Positions 1 through 11,305 are shown, numbered from the stretch's first letter. The stretch: 64,000 nucleotides of DNA from Candidatus Thermofontivivens primus (GCA_031458695.1 JAVKJW010000009.1:469-64468), one strand, 5' to 3'. A program made the numbers and translations. The notes: generated by a model not told the origin, from the sequence alone.

Positions 1-791
1 ATCTCCTCACAGGGGCACTCCTGCGACGCCCCTTCCATGAGGCGGTGCCACCAGTGATCGCGGCCGGCCCTCATGGGGACAAGCGTCGCATCCATAACAC
101 CGCGGTGGAACACAACCACATTCTCAATGGAAGGAGCGCTTTCCAGCGCTTCGTCCACAAACCGCTTGAGGGGGACGATATTCCCCCGTCTCCACCCTCC
201 GTCTGCGGTGATCAGGAGCTTCGCCTGGGAGTCATTGATGCGATCCCGGAGAGCTTCGCTAGAGAAGCCACCAAAGACCACGCTGTGGATCGCGCCGATC
301 CGCGCACAGGCAAGCATGGCGATAGGGAGTTCGGGAACCATCGGCATGTAGATCGTGACGCGGTCTCCTTTCTTCACCCCTAAGGACTTCAGCACGTTGG
401 CCAACTTCGAGACTTCGCGGTGCAGATCCTGATAGGTAAGCACGCGCGAATCCCCAGGCTCCCCTTCCCAGACGATGGCTGCCTTAGTGCGGCGCCAGCC
501 CTGGAGGTGGCGATCGACACAGTTATAACAGGCGTTCAACTTCCCACCAACGTACCACTGGATCCATGGTGGCTTCGTCCCAGGTTTGGGAGGATTGAAC
601 TGTAGGACAGTTTCAAACGGCCGGAACCACGTGACATACTCGTTGGCCACCTGCCCCCAAAAACTTTCAAAGTCATGAGCGGCTTGTTCGTAGAGGCGAG
701 GATCCTGGATGAGGGCTTTCTCGCGGAATTCGGTGGGGGGCTCGATGAGGTGCTCATGAACTCTCAGCGCCTTCTCAGAAATCGACGCCAT
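1..791 (-). CDS. acs: Acetyl-CoA synthetase (AMP-forming), 5' portion; gene continues beyond the left edge
   Basis: Absent from the ORF track because it is open at the edge. Reverse complement from ATG 791-789 reads [84 protein letters not shown]..., a typical Acs N-terminus. GAGGGGTGGAG SD-like run immediately upstream. Confidence 0.8.
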   Translation of the reverse strand, partial: MASISEKALRVHEHLIEPPTEFREKALIQDPRLYEQAAHDFESFWGQVANEYVTWFRPFETVLQFNPPKPGTKPPWIQWYVGGKLNACYNCVDRHLQGWRRTKAAIVWEGEPGDSRVLTYQDLHREVSKLANVLKSLGVKKGDRVTIYMPMVPELPIAMLACARIGAIHSVVFGGFSSEALRDRINDSQAKLLITADGGWRRGNIVPLKRFVDEALESAPSIENVVVFHRGVMDATLVPMRAGRDHWWHRLMEGASQECPCEE

Positions 792-903
792 GGCTCCACC
801 CCTCACGACAGCAAATATGCACACTACCGATTTGGTAATATGGTACAGGGACGCCAGGCGGGTTGTCAAATGAAGCTCGCAGGATACGTGGCGTAATGAG
901 GTT

Positions 904-1995
904 TCACACGGCAAAGCGGAAGTAGATGATATCTCCGTCTTGCACGATGTAATCTTTCCCGACCAAGTGGACGAGGCCATGTTCCCGGGCTCTCTCTATG
1001 GACCCTGCAGCCACTAGGTCTGCAAAGTGAACTACCTCCGCCCGGATAAACCCCCTCTCCATATCCGAGTGGATCCGCCCCGCTGCCTGTGGCGCTAGGG
1101 TACCTCGCGGGATTGGCCAGGCTCGCACCTCCTGGGAGGCAGTGGTAAAGAATGTGACGAGGTTTAGCAATTTGTACCCTACATGGATAAGACGCACGAG
1201 TCCTGCTTCCTCAACCCCAAGCTCCTGAAGGAACTGCCGGGCCTCCTCCTCAGGCAGCTCTGCAAGTTCTGCCTCCAGCTTAGCGCAGATCGTAACGGCC
1301 TGAGCCCCTTCCTGCTCTGCCTTCCGGTGGACCGCCGCAGCCCAGGAACTCCCGTTCAGCCCTCCTTCATCGACGTTGGCGACGTATACCATAGGTTTGG
1401 CTGTCAACAGCTTCAAGCTATCGACAATCTTTCGTTCTTCCTGAGTGAGCTCAAGCATACGGACCGGCTGGCCTTGGTTCAGCACCTTGATGAGCTTCTC
1501 GAACAGAGCAACTTCCTCACTGGCTTTTCGATCCCCAGCCTTGGCCCGGCTTAGCGCTTTCTCCTTCGCCCTCTCCACGGAGCCTAAGTCGGCAAGAGCG
1601 AGCTCGGTATTCACAACCTCGATATCTCGGATAGGATCCACCTCCCCCATTACGTGGGGGATCTCCCCAATGGGGAAACATCGCACCACGTGGACGATTG
1701 CATCCACCTCGCGGATGTGTGCAAGGAATTGGTTCCCAAGCCCCTCCCCCCGGTGTGCCCCTCGGACGAGGCCGGCGATGTCCACAAACTGGATAGTGGC
1801 TGGTACGACCCGTTTGGGTTTTGTGATCCCCGCGATGACATCAAGACGAGGATCTGGCACGGGGACAACACCGACATTCGGGTCAACGGTGGTGAATGGA
1901 TACACGGCGATTTCTACCCTCGACCGGGTAAGGGCCGTAAACAACGTGGATTTGCCCGCGTTCGGGAGGCCCACGATGCCAAGTTGCAGCGCCAA
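904..1995 (-). CDS. ychF: Ribosome-binding ATPase YchF
   Basis: 363-aa ORF with P-loop [14 protein letters not shown], a YchF-type G domain and a TGS-like C-terminus ([13 protein letters not shown]). TTG start 5 nt after GGAGGGAG. Confidence 0.92.
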   Translation of the reverse strand: MALQLGIVGLPNAGKSTLFTALTRSRVEIAVYPFTTVDPNVGVVPVPDPRLDVIAGITKPKRVVPATIQFVDIAGLVRGAHRGEGLGNQFLAHIREVDAIVHVVRCFPIGEIPHVMGEVDPIRDIEVVNTELALADLGSVERAKEKALSRAKAGDRKASEEVALFEKLIKVLNQGQPVRMLELTQEERKIVDSLKLLTAKPMVYVANVDEGGLNGSSWAAAVHRKAEQEGAQAVTICAKLEAELAELPEEEARQFLQELGVEEAGLVRLIHVGYKLLNLVTFFTTASQEVRAWPIPRGTLAPQAAGRIHSDMERGFIRAEVVHFADLVAAGSIERAREHGLVHLVGKDYIVQDGDIIYFRFAV

Positions 1996-2022
1996 CCAAA
2001 CTCCCTCCTGGGGACGAGTTCG

Positions 2023-5000
2023 TCAGACTGGCCCCATCTCCTTTTGTGCCACAGCAACGCGATTACCCCCCATGTGCTTGGCGATGTACATCGCCTTGTC
2101 TGCTGCCTCGACAAGGGTTTCCGCTGTCCGCCCGTCTTCAGGGAAAGCGGCGACCCCGACGCTGACTGTCGCGGTCACGAATCGCTCCCTGATAGGGATG
2201 GGGTAGTGCGCAATGCTCCTCCGGATACGCTCGGCGATTTCATGGGCATCCCGCTTTGTGGTGTGGGGAAGGAGGAGAACGAATTCGTCTCCCCCATACC
2301 TGGCCACGATATCTGCACTCCGACTGTTCCTGCGCAGGAGGTTGGCGACGGTCTTGAGGATCTCGTCTCCACAAAGGTGGCCATAGGTGTCGTTGAAGGT
2401 CTTGAACCGGTCCACCTCGACGAGGATCAAAGAGAGGGGAAGCCGGTAACGGCGGGCCTGCTCGAGTTCCCGCTCGAAGGCCTCATGGAGGAAACGGTGA
2501 TTGTAGAGACCCGTGAGACCATCTGTGATTGCGAGGCGTTTGGTCTCCTCATAGAGACGCGCGTTCTCGATGGCGATGGTGGCGTAGCTCGCTAGGGAAG
2601 TGAGGATACGCAAGTCTCTCTCCCCGAACGCCCGGGGTCTCCTGCTTTCGATGTTGAACACACCAATGACCTTTCCCTCTAGGATCAGAGGAACGGCGAT
2701 CTCCGAGCGCGTGCCTTCCTCCAAGGTGACGTAATAGGGATCCCTGAGCACATCCCCGCTGATGTAGGGCTGACCGGTGTGCGCGACCCATCCCACGATC
2801 CCACGGCCGATCGCCTGGCGATACCCCACCACCTCTTTCCCATACCCATAGCTCGCCTCCAGGACAAGCTCTCCTGCGGGCTCATCCACGAGTAAGATCG
2901 CTCCTAGGTCGTAGTGAAATGCGCGGCAGACCGTAGAGACGATCGTGTTGAGAACTTCCCGAAGCGCCAGCGATGTCCCAATGACTTTTGTTGCTTCGTG
3001 GAGCGCCTCCAACTCATCCCGGGAAAGCCTTACTTCCTCGTAAAGCTGGGCATTGCGTAGGACGACGCCGATCTGCCGAGTCAAGGTGACAAGGAGCTCT
3101 TGATCCCGCTCGTCGAGTGCGGTGTGCCCAATACCCAGGACGGCAAACATTTGCACACCGATGGAGACCGGGACATAGACCTCTACCCACCCCTCCTTTC
3201 GCCAGAGCTGTGGTTCCTGGGTGGTCGCTGCAACTTGTGCCAATCCCTTCTTCTGGACAAAACTGCAGTGTTCTCGTTGCTTTCCGGCTTCCGCAGCGAC
3301 CTTGGCTTGGTGACCGTCTACGAGGTAAAGGGCAATCGACTGGTACCCCAAGACCTTCGCAATCTCTTCCACAATATAGCGCGGTAACTCTTGAGGATTG
3401 AGGATCGCACTGATGGCCGTGAGGATCCGGTTGATGGCTTCCATCTCGTGGGCACGGCGTCGGACATCGGCGACGAGTGTAGCGTTCCTGATCGCGATTG
3501 CGACGTGGTTCGCGAAGGTTTGGGCCAGGCGGAGATCTTCATCGGAATACTCCTGCACCTGGGTATGATAGAGTGTCAGAGCCCCGATGACCTTTCCGCC
3601 ATGGAGAAGGGGTATGACCATGATGGTATGGATCCCCTCCTGCCGTGCGGCCTCCCGCAGCACGATGGAGGGCTGGTCAATTTGGGCATCTCGGATGACC
3701 ACCGGCATCCTGGTTGTCCATACCTTCCACCCGAGGCCTTCCCGGATGAATCCCTGGACTGCCTGGATGTATCCCTCGGAGAGCCCGTGTGAGAGCGCTC
3801 TCTTGATACCCTCCTCAGGGATCCCCAGATAGAGGGCGCACTTGTCTGTTCCCAGCACGTCTCGGATGTGCTCAGCGATGAACCTGAAGACCTCCTCCAC
3901 ATCCAGGGCAGAGTTGATTCGGGCGGAGATCTCCTCAAGTGCCTGCATCCGGCGGAGTTGCCGTGCTTTGGACTCGTAAAGCTGAGCGTTCTTGATCGCT
4001 AGGGCCGCTTGATGGGCGAGGGTAGCAATGACCCTGAGGTGATATTCAGAGAAGTAATGGGCGATCCGTTTTACAAGAACAACAGCACCGATCACCTCGT
4101 TGCCTGTGGTCAAGGGGACGGCCAGGACAGACCGAGCTTTCCCCTCCCCTAATATCAACGCCTCTTGCTGCGTCCGGCGTGGGTCTTCTTGATAATCTCC
4201 AGTATGTACCGGCTTCCCAAAGCGGATGGCGAGTCCTGTGAGCCCTCCATCGATCTCTGGATGGACCGCTGCGAGGCGCTCAAGGGAAACACCACGGCCC
4301 AGCACATAACGGCGGCGGCCAGACGGCCAGTCGATGAGGACCAGGAAGAACGCGTCAGTATCCACGAGCTGCCTGAGGGCCCTCTCAACTACCTGGAGAA
4401 TCTCCTCGGTGGTCAGGTGGCGGCCCATTTCCTGAGCTGCTTGGAAGAGACGGGTCAAATCCCTCTGGGCGTTCTCCCGGCTCGTGTATAGGAGGAAAAC
4501 CAGCGCCATGAAGACGAGAGAGAACACCACGAACACAGCGTCAGGTGGAAGGCGCCCAGCGTAAACCAGAGCAATCGTCGTCCCGACCGCCCCTAAGAGG
4601 AATCCGTTCAGCGGAACCCAGGGGAGGTTCTGGAAGAGGATATGACGGAACTCCTCTCTCCGGTCAAAGGTAATCGCCAAGGAGATCAACGGGGTCCCGA
4701 TACCTTCGTAGAGAAGGATCGCAACAAGAGCCCCAAGAATAGTCCGGGCCGTGAGTGGCTCGGTAACCCAAGGCCCCGTGAGGGAATGACCAGAGAGGGA
4801 GACGAGGTGGAAGGCTGTTCCTGCGATCGTGGGGACGATGACAAAATGCGCCGCATTATACAGAACCCGCCGAACTGGGCGCCGGCGCAGGATCCCGTTT
4901 CCCACAACGACCCCGATAGCAGCCACGAGGACTGCCGTGAAGGTGCCATGCAGGGCCAGCGCGGCAAATATGACAGGCATGCTGACCGTCTGGTATCCCC

Positions 5001-5169
5001 CATGAGGGAGGGGAATAGCAATCCATGCGCCCAGGATGGCCAGGAAGGCTAGCAGGAGGAATGGTCCCACAGAGGGGAATGGGTGTGTAGTCCCTAACCA
5101 GATGAGGATCCCAGCTCCTATGAAGAGAACAAAAACAAGATAAATTGTGAACCACCGATTCTGCTGCAC
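2023..5169 (-). CDS. Membrane-anchored multi-GAF diguanylate cyclase (GGDEF)
   Basis: Track ORF 2023-5277 overlaps the DUF951 gene, so I trimmed it to GTG 5169 (AGGTG 5 nt upstream, 8 nt after the DUF951 stop). Hydrophobic multi-helix N-terminus, several GAF-like repeats, C-terminal GGDEF domain (ARYGGDEFVLLL) with RxxD I-site (RSAD) 5 residues upstream. Confidence 0.85.
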   Translation of the reverse strand: MQQNRWFTIYLVFVLFIGAGILIWLGTTHPFPSVGPFLLLAFLAILGAWIAIPLPHGGYQTVSMPVIFAALALHGTFTAVLVAAIGVVVGNGILRRRPVRRVLYNAAHFVIVPTIAGTAFHLVSLSGHSLTGPWVTEPLTARTILGALVAILLYEGIGTPLISLAITFDRREEFRHILFQNLPWVPLNGFLLGAVGTTIALVYAGRLPPDAVFVVFSLVFMALVFLLYTSRENAQRDLTRLFQAAQEMGRHLTTEEILQVVERALRQLVDTDAFFLVLIDWPSGRRRYVLGRGVSLERLAAVHPEIDGGLTGLAIRFGKPVHTGDYQEDPRRTQQEALILGEGKARSVLAVPLTTGNEVIGAVVLVKRIAHYFSEYHLRVIATLAHQAALAIKNAQLYESKARQLRRMQALEEISARINSALDVEEVFRFIAEHIRDVLGTDKCALYLGIPEEGIKRALSHGLSEGYIQAVQGFIREGLGWKVWTTRMPVVIRDAQIDQPSIVLREAARQEGIHTIMVIPLLHGGKVIGALTLYHTQVQEYSDEDLRLAQTFANHVAIAIRNATLVADVRRRAHEMEAINRILTAISAILNPQELPRYIVEEIAKVLGYQSIALYLVDGHQAKVAAEAGKQREHCSFVQKKGLAQVAATTQEPQLWRKEGWVEVYVPVSIGVQMFAVLGIGHTALDERDQELLVTLTRQIGVVLRNAQLYEEVRLSRDELEALHEATKVIGTSLALREVLNTIVSTVCRAFHYDLGAILLVDEPAGELVLEASYGYGKEVVGYRQAIGRGIVGWVAHTGQPYISGDVLRDPYYVTLEEGTRSEIAVPLILEGKVIGVFNIESRRPRAFGERDLRILTSLASYATIAIENARLYEETKRLAITDGLTGLYNHRFLHEAFERELEQARRYRLPLSLILVEVDRFKTFNDTYGHLCGDEILKTVANLLRRNSRSADIVARYGGDEFVLLLPHTTKRDAHEIAERIRRSIAHYPIPIRERFVTATVSVGVAAFPEDGRTAETLVEAADKAMYIAKHMGGNRVAVAQKEMGPV

Positions 5170-5177
5170 GTTCGCAC

Positions 5178-5417
5178 CTAGGGAGGTGCCTCGCGTTCTC
5201 CCTCCTCGACCTGGTGGACGAAGGCTTTGATGCGCCGTTCCAGTTTGACCCGTGGGATAAATACCCGGCGCCCGCATCCCAGGCAGCGGATGAAAACATC
5301 GGCCCCCAGCCGGAGGATCTCCCAGCGGTCATCCCCGCAAGGGTGGGGTTTTCGCAACCGGACGACATCACCAACGTGTAACCGCAGGACTCCTCCCATG
5401 GATGCACAACCCCCCAT
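5178..5417 (-). CDS. DUF951 family small protein
   Basis: 79-aa ORF. VGDVVRLRKPHPCGDDRWEILRLGADVFIRCLGCGRRVFIPR fits the DUF951 signature (xGDxVxxKKxHPCGxxxWEIxRxGADIxxKCxxC). Alternative ATG at 5399. Confidence 0.7.
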   Translation of the reverse strand: MGGCASMGGVLRLHVGDVVRLRKPHPCGDDRWEILRLGADVFIRCLGCGRRVFIPRVKLERRIKAFVHQVEEGEREAPP

Positions 5418-5452
5418 TTCCTATCATCGGCCATTTCCTTGAAATTTAGACC

Positions 5453-6979
5453 CTATGGGCTGGAAAGGAGAGAGTCTACCGGAGCGTAGTCGTCGGTGAG
5501 CACGGGGACATCATCGGTTGGGATGGGACTCAGGTAAAGATCTTGAACAACACGGAACCGGTACCCTGTGCTCTTGTATGCCTTTGCTAAGGAGGTGGCT
5601 CTCTTTTGCAGCTCCTCAGGCGTACGGGGCGCCCCGATGGTCCCCACCAGGATGATATTCCGTAAAGCCTCTTCACTCCCAGGAGACCACTGGACGGGGA
5701 AGGTATAAACAGCCGGGAACACCAGGGAAAACGTGCGGTAGGCTGCCCGGAAGAACCGGCTCCGGGGGCCTTCAAGAGCTCCGATAATATTGGTAGCGAC
5801 CACGCCGCCAGGAGCGAGGCGGGTGCGGACCTCTTGGAAGAATTCCCTAGTTGCCAGGTGGAATGGAATGGTATCAATGAGGTAAGCATCAAGGAGGATG
5901 ATGTCGTACTGCTCCCTTGTCTGCTTCACGAAGAGCCGGCCGTCCTGGGTGAAAATGCGGAGGCGCGGACTTTGAGGGAGAAAAAAGTATCGCTGGGCAA
6001 CCTCCGCGACGGCAGGATCCAACTCAACGACATCCATGGACAGCTGGGGATACGACTCATGGTACTGGAGGGGGATTGTCCCACCTCCGAGGCCAATGAG
6101 GAGAGCGCGCCTTGCATGAGGGGCAAACACAAGAGGGATATGCATATAGTCGGTGTAGGAGAACACGGACCGCAGCGGGTCATCCATGTCCAATGCGCTT
6201 TGCCAGTAGTTGTCAAGCTTCAGGTACCGGACGCGACCCTCATCCGTCACTGTAATCCGGTGGTAGACCGTGTCCCTCTCAAAGACTTTATACGAGGCTG
6301 AGCCGGTGGAGGATACTGTGACCATCGCCCCCGCAAGCACCAGGACCAGGAATGCAGCAACTGTAGCCTCTAAGCGCCGCGCTTGGAGCCAGCTGAGAAC
6401 CCCAAGGGCGAGGAGGAGCAAGCCGAGGAGGTGAATGATCAACCGCACCCCAGTGAGTTGAATGAGAACGAACGCTGCGAGCAGCGTCCCTGCAATACTT
6501 CCCACGGTGGAGAGGGCGTAGAGCCGTCCAGCCACATTCCCCATCGTTGCTACGGTCTTTGCCCGGAGACGCACAGCGTACGGGGAAATCGTCCCCATGA
6601 CAACAGAGGGAAGGGCAAAGAGGATGAACGCCGCAAGGAGAGGGTTCGCCCTTGGGCCGTAATCCCGGAGAGCGATGGTCTCCAGGACCGCCGGGGCGAA
6701 CAGGGGGATCGGGGTGACGAGCAGTCCTGCGAGGAAGACAACTCCCGAGAAGACCGCGAGGGAAGGCCATCGGTCGGCGATCTTCCCTCCCAGGTAGTAG
6801 CCCGCACTGAGGGCGCCCAGAAAGACGCTAATGAGACTCCCCCACACGTAGACGGAGTTGCCGAAATAAGGCGCGAGCACGCGGCTTGCGATAATCTCCA
6901 GGGCCAGCAGAACTCCCCCACTTGTGAAGACAACCACCTCGAGAACGAGAACCGCCTCCTTTCTGAATAGCGCCAACAA
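5453..6979 (-). CDS. Membrane-fused spermidine synthase-like protein
   Basis: 508 aa. N-terminal half is multi-TM; C-terminal half has the spermidine-synthase/SAM-MTase fold motifs (YHRITV..., LLIGLGGGT, VVELDP, YDIILLDAY). Confidence 0.75.
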   Translation of the reverse strand: MLALFRKEAVLVLEVVVFTSGGVLLALEIIASRVLAPYFGNSVYVWGSLISVFLGALSAGYYLGGKIADRWPSLAVFSGVVFLAGLLVTPIPLFAPAVLETIALRDYGPRANPLLAAFILFALPSVVMGTISPYAVRLRAKTVATMGNVAGRLYALSTVGSIAGTLLAAFVLIQLTGVRLIIHLLGLLLLALGVLSWLQARRLEATVAAFLVLVLAGAMVTVSSTGSASYKVFERDTVYHRITVTDEGRVRYLKLDNYWQSALDMDDPLRSVFSYTDYMHIPLVFAPHARRALLIGLGGGTIPLQYHESYPQLSMDVVELDPAVAEVAQRYFFLPQSPRLRIFTQDGRLFVKQTREQYDIILLDAYLIDTIPFHLATREFFQEVRTRLAPGGVVATNIIGALEGPRSRFFRAAYRTFSLVFPAVYTFPVQWSPGSEEALRNIILVGTIGAPRTPEELQKRATSLAKAYKSTGYRFRVVQDLYLSPIPTDDVPVLTDDYAPVDSLLSSP

Positions 6980-7021
6980 AAACCTTTGATGAAAGAGCCC
7001 CCAGGGGATAGCCTCGAAAGC

Positions 7022-9667
7022 TCAATGGATGGATTCACGTGCGGCGGCCGCAGAAGGACTCTTCCGGGTAAAACGAAGGTCCCCTGCCTGATAATCCACC
7101 ACCACCGTATCCCCTTCTCGGAGCTCCCCTGCGAGGAGCATCCGGGAGAGCCGATTCTCCAGGCTCCGCTGGATCAGACGCCGCAACGGCCGCGCGCCAA
7201 AATCAGGGTTATACCCCTCCCTGCTTAGGTATGCCTTGGCTTCCTCGGTGATCTCAAGGACGATGGAACGCTCCGCAAGGCGTTGGGAGAGGCTCTGAAT
7301 GTGTAACTCTACGATCCGTTTGAGATGTTCCTCAGAGAGGGGCCGGAAGACGATGATTTCGTCGATACGGTTGAGGAACTCTGGCCGGAAGTGCCCCCGG
7401 ACCTCTTCCAAGACCTGGATCCTGGCCATCTCAAAACCTGCTGCATCCTTGGGGTCAAGGTTCTGGAGGTAGGCGCTCCCCAGGTTGCTCGTCATGATGA
7501 GGATGGTGTTCTTGAAATCCACCACTCTCCCATGCCCGTCGGTAAGGCGCCCGTCTTCCAGGATCTGGAGGAGGAGGTTGAACACCTCTGGGTGGGCCTT
7601 CTCGATCTCATCGAAGAGAACCACCCGGTAAGGCCTTCGCCGTACCGCCTCGGTGAGCTGCCCTCCCTCCTCGTAGCCTATGTAGCCTGGGGGCGCACCA
7701 ATGAGCCGGCTGACCGTGTGTTTTTCCATAAATTCGGACATATCCAAGCGTACCATTGCCTCCTCGGAGTCGAACATGACCTCAGCCAGGGTCCTGGCGA
7801 GCTCCGTCTTCCCTACTCCCGTGGGACCGAGGAAAAGGAATGAGCCAATGGGTCGCTTGGGATCTTTCAAACCAGCCCGGGCGCGCCGGATCGCATCGCT
7901 TACCGCCTGGACCGCCTCCTCCTGATCCACAAGGCGCCTGTGGATCCTCTCCTCAAGGTAGAGGAGCTTCTGCATCTCCCCTTCCAGGAGCTTGGCCACA
8001 GGAATCCCTGTCCACTTCGCTACAACCTCGGCGATGTCCTCTGCGTCCACCTCCTCTTTCAGGAGCCGGGTTCCACCCTGAACTTCCTTTAACCTAGCTT
8101 CCTGCTCCTTGAGCTTGGCCTCCAGATCCCTAAGAACGCCGTACCGCAGGCGGGCAGCCGTCTCCAGATCCGCTTTCCGCTCGGCTTCCTCGATCTTGTG
8201 TCGGGTCTCGTTGATCTCCTGTTTGATCCTCCGGATGGCTAGGATTGCTTCCTTCTCTTGTTCCCATTGGACTCGCAACCTTTCGCTCTCCGCCTTCAGC
8301 CCGACCAGCTCCCCCTCTAGTTTCTCCAGCCTCTCCAAGGATGCAGAGTCGGTCTCCTTCTTCAAGGCCTCCCGTTCGATCTCCAGCTGCATGATCCGGC
8401 GGTCGATCTCATCGAGCTCTGCGGGCTTGCTATCGATCTCCATCCGGAGCCTAGCTGCGGCTTCGTCGATGAGGTCAATGGCCTTATCAGGAAGGAACCT
8501 GTCGGTGATGTACCGGTCCGAGAGCGTTGCCGCAGCGATGCAGGCAGAATCCGTGATGCGAACACCGTGGTGGACCTCATAGCGTTCTTTCAGCCCTCGG
8601 AGAATGCTGATGGTCTCCTCGACACTTGGTTCATCCACGTACACCGGCTGGAACCGCCGCTCCAGCGCTGCATCCTTCTCGATGTACTTGCGATATTCGT
8701 CCAGGGTTGTCGCCCCGATGCAGTGAAGCTCCCCCCGCGCCAGCATCGGTTTGAGCATATTGGCCGCATCGAGGGAGCCTCCTTCTGCAGCGCCTGCTCC
8801 CACCACTGTGTGCAACTCGTCGATGAACAGGATAACCTCTCCCTGGGACTCCTGGATCTCCTTGAGGACGGCTCGGAGGCGTTCCTCAAACTCCCCCCGA
8901 TACTTCGTCCCGGCCAGGAGGGCCCCGAGATCAAGCTGGATGAGGCGTTTCCCCTTTAGCCCCTCCGGCACGTCGTTGTTCACAATGCGCTGGGCAAGCC
9001 CCTCTACGATGGCTGTCTTCCCTACTCCCGGGTCCCCAACGAGGACGGGGTTGTTCTTCGTCCTCCGGGAGAGGACATGGATCACCCTCCGGATCTCTTC
9101 GTCCCGGCCGATCACAGGGTCAAGCTTCCCTTTGCGAGCCAGATCCGTCAGGTCTCGCCCGTACTTCTGGAGGGCCTGGTACTTCGTCTCCGGAGAGGGG
9201 TCCGTGACCCTCTGGCTCCCTCGCACCTCTGCCATAGCGGCATAGAGGCGTTCGCGATCTAGCCCCATCTCCAACAAGATCCGGCTAGAGGGCCCCTCGC
9301 GATCCTGGGCTGCCGCAATAAGGAGGTGCTCGGTGCTGATGTACTCGTCGCGCAACCTCTCAGCCTCCTCCTTAGCAATTTGGAGGAGGCGGCGGAATCT
9401 CGGAGTCACGTAGATCTGCCCCGTGGCAGGCACCCCATAAACTTTTGGTTGCCGCTCCAAGATGCCCTCGAGGCGGCGTGCTAGGAGGGACGGGTCAACA
9501 CCAGCGTGCCGGACGATCTCCGGGACAATCCCCCCGCTTTGTTCCAGGAGCGCCAGGAGAAGATGTTCCACATCCACTTGGCTGTGGTTGTACCGGGAGG
9601 CGAGCTCCTGGGCCAATAGGATCGCTTCCTGCGCTTTCTCTGTAAACCGTTCGTAGCTCATTGCCAT
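7022..9667 (-). CDS. clpB: ATP-dependent chaperone/disaggregase ClpB
   Basis: 881 aa with a Clp N-domain and two AAA modules ([15 protein letters not shown] and [15 protein letters not shown]) separated by a long coiled-coil middle domain. Confidence 0.95.
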   Translation of the reverse strand: MAMSYERFTEKAQEAILLAQELASRYNHSQVDVEHLLLALLEQSGGIVPEIVRHAGVDPSLLARRLEGILERQPKVYGVPATGQIYVTPRFRRLLQIAKEEAERLRDEYISTEHLLIAAAQDREGPSSRILLEMGLDRERLYAAMAEVRGSQRVTDPSPETKYQALQKYGRDLTDLARKGKLDPVIGRDEEIRRVIHVLSRRTKNNPVLVGDPGVGKTAIVEGLAQRIVNNDVPEGLKGKRLIQLDLGALLAGTKYRGEFEERLRAVLKEIQESQGEVILFIDELHTVVGAGAAEGGSLDAANMLKPMLARGELHCIGATTLDEYRKYIEKDAALERRFQPVYVDEPSVEETISILRGLKERYEVHHGVRITDSACIAAATLSDRYITDRFLPDKAIDLIDEAAARLRMEIDSKPAELDEIDRRIMQLEIEREALKKETDSASLERLEKLEGELVGLKAESERLRVQWEQEKEAILAIRRIKQEINETRHKIEEAERKADLETAARLRYGVLRDLEAKLKEQEARLKEVQGGTRLLKEEVDAEDIAEVVAKWTGIPVAKLLEGEMQKLLYLEERIHRRLVDQEEAVQAVSDAIRRARAGLKDPKRPIGSFLFLGPTGVGKTELARTLAEVMFDSEEAMVRLDMSEFMEKHTVSRLIGAPPGYIGYEEGGQLTEAVRRRPYRVVLFDEIEKAHPEVFNLLLQILEDGRLTDGHGRVVDFKNTILIMTSNLGSAYLQNLDPKDAAGFEMARIQVLEEVRGHFRPEFLNRIDEIIVFRPLSEEHLKRIVELHIQSLSQRLAERSIVLEITEEAKAYLSREGYNPDFGARPLRRLIQRSLENRLSRMLLAGELREGDTVVVDYQAGDLRFTRKSPSAAAARESIH

Positions 9668-9711
9668 CTTCCATTCACCCTTTGCAGATCACACCAGGTT
9701 TCCAGATGGAC

Positions 9712-10641
9712 TTAGCGGCACCCCAGGGAGGCGCGTGGATTCTCTTGCTTGACCCGGCGAAGGGCCTCGGCAAGCGTCTTTCGCTCCTCCGGGGAGAGCT
9801 TCGTGGGAAGGACGACTTTGATCCTCACGAGCTCATCTCCCCTCCCCCCATCTTTCCTTGGCATCCCCAGTCCCTTTAATCGGAAGATCTGGCCGTTCTG
9901 GGTCTCGGGAGGGACCCGCATCCTCACCTTCCCATCGAGGGTAGGCACTTCGATCTCCGCGCCAAGGACCGCCTCCGCCAAGGTTACCGGGACTTCGATA
10001 TAGAGATCGTCCCCCCTGCGCTCAAACAGGGGATGAGGCCTGATTCTCACTTTTGCGAAGAGTTCCCCGAGTCGTGGGACGGAGATGCGCACGCGGTCTC
10101 CATCGTTGATTCCTGCAGGGATAGAGACCTCCACGGGGTATAAACCGCTGTCCGCTCGGACCTCGAGGCGACGTCGTGTGCCCCGGAATGCCTCCTCAAG
10201 GGAAATCTCCACCTCTGTCTCCAGCGGCTCTCCCCATCCCGTTCGTGTCCTGACCCGCTCCCCGAGGTCCCCAAAAAACTCCCGGAAGAAGTCACTGAAC
10301 CCTGCAAACGGGTCCCCGAACAGGTCCCCGAGATCGCCGAAAATTGTCCACTCCCCTGTGGGTGTTCGGTATGTCCTTCCGCGGCGGAAAACCTCTTGCC
10401 AATCCACCCCACCGCGGGTGTAATAATCGTACATCTGGTCGTACCGTGCTCGCTTCTCTGGGTCGCTGAGAACCTGGTAGGCCTCGTTGATCTCCTTGAA
10501 CTTCTCCTCCGCGGCCTTGTTTCCCGGGTTGACGTCCGGGTGATACTGACGCGCAAGACGTCGATATGCCTGGCTGATGGTCTTTTGATCGGCATTCCTG
10601 TCTACGCCGAGAATTTTGTAGTAGTCCTTAAACTCCGGCAT
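9712..10641 (-). CDS. dnaJ: DnaJ co-chaperone, type II (no zinc-finger domain)
   Basis: J domain (DYYKILGV...YHPDVNPG), G/F-rich linker (GDLGDLFGDPFAGFSDFF) and C-terminal substrate-binding repeats. The protein has a single Cys, so there are no CxxCxGxG repeats. Confidence 0.85.
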   Translation of the reverse strand: MPEFKDYYKILGVDRNADQKTISQAYRRLARQYHPDVNPGNKAAEEKFKEINEAYQVLSDPEKRARYDQMYDYYTRGGVDWQEVFRRGRTYRTPTGEWTIFGDLGDLFGDPFAGFSDFFREFFGDLGERVRTRTGWGEPLETEVEISLEEAFRGTRRRLEVRADSGLYPVEVSIPAGINDGDRVRISVPRLGELFAKVRIRPHPLFERRGDDLYIEVPVTLAEAVLGAEIEVPTLDGKVRMRVPPETQNGQIFRLKGLGMPRKDGGRGDELVRIKVVLPTKLSPEERKTLAEALRRVKQENPRASLGCR

Positions 10642-10677
10642 CGGGATCTCCTCACTTGGTGCTCACCCAGGATTTGG

Positions 10678-11295
10678 CTACCGTGCTACCTTCACCCGCG
10701 CCGGCCTCAAGACCTCGCCGTTGATGGTGTAGCCTCGCTGGATCTCCTCTACCACAGTACCCGAGGCGTTTCCAGAAGACTCGGCAGGAACCGCCTCCAC
10801 GGCCTCACAGGTCCTTGGGTCAAAGGGCTGCCCAACGGTCTCAACGGGGCGCACGCCTAGGTTCGCGAGCGTCTCCAGGATCTGGCGGTGGGCCAACCGG
10901 ATCCCCTCGAGAATGGACTCCGCATTACCGGGGGTATCAGAATATCTGAGGGCGCGCTCGAGGGTATCCACGACCTCTAGGATAACCAGGAGGAGAGAAC
11001 GCTTGGTACGCTCCACAGCTTCCTGGAGGCGCCGCTGCGCCTCGCGTTTGTAGTTCTCTAGGTCGCTCGCCGCGTGGAGAAACTGGATCCAGTTGCGCTC
11101 CGCTTCCTCCTTGTATCGCTCAAGGTCCGCACGAAGAGCCTCGATGGTCGCTTCGAGAGACTCAGAAGACAGAGGTTCCGAGGAGGGTTCTCCTTCTTGG
11201 CCGGGTTCTATCTGGGAGGCCTGTGGACCCTCCTGGAACTCCGGGGACCCTTCGAGGTCGGGGGACGGAAGATGGCGTTCTTCAGAACAGGCCAT
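10678..11295 (-). CDS. grpE: Nucleotide exchange factor GrpE
   Basis: Track ORF extends to 11331 and overlaps the dnaK 3' end, so I trimmed it to ATG 11295 (GAGGTG 6 nt upstream, 10 nt after the dnaK stop). Coiled-coil N-terminus plus GrpE C-terminal domain (FDPRTCEAV...GYTINGEVLRPARVKV). Confidence 0.88.
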   Translation of the reverse strand: MACSEERHLPSPDLEGSPEFQEGPQASQIEPGQEGEPSSEPLSSESLEATIEALRADLERYKEEAERNWIQFLHAASDLENYKREAQRRLQEAVERTKRSLLLVILEVVDTLERALRYSDTPGNAESILEGIRLAHRQILETLANLGVRPVETVGQPFDPRTCEAVEAVPAESSGNASGTVVEEIQRGYTINGEVLRPARVKVAR

Positions 11296-11305
11296 CGTCA
11301 CCACC

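Noticed and set aside
1654-2595. 313-aa plus-strand ORF across the ychF/GGDEF boundary, and similar ORFs at 41481-42194, 45742-46377 and 46891-47601 (minus)
   Set aside because: All lie antisense to strongly supported genes (ychF, GGDEF, aroE, aroA, pepF). I treat them as spurious.
5170-5277. 5' extensions of track ORFs that overlap the upstream gene (GGDEF 5170-5277, jag 26777-26893, yidC 27466-27540, rnpA 28070-28219, rpmH 28215-28292, gyrB 34120-34398, aroC 42175-42210, proA 51231-51329, AmrS 48782-48952 and others)
   Set aside because: The extended N-termini are non-conserved, overlap real genes or promoters, and better SD-linked starts exist downstream. I do not treat them as evidence of overlapping genes or frameshifts.
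9668-9711. Possible dafA-like small ORF between dnaJ and clpB, as in Thermus
   Set aside because: The gap is only 44 nt, which leaves no room for an ORF.
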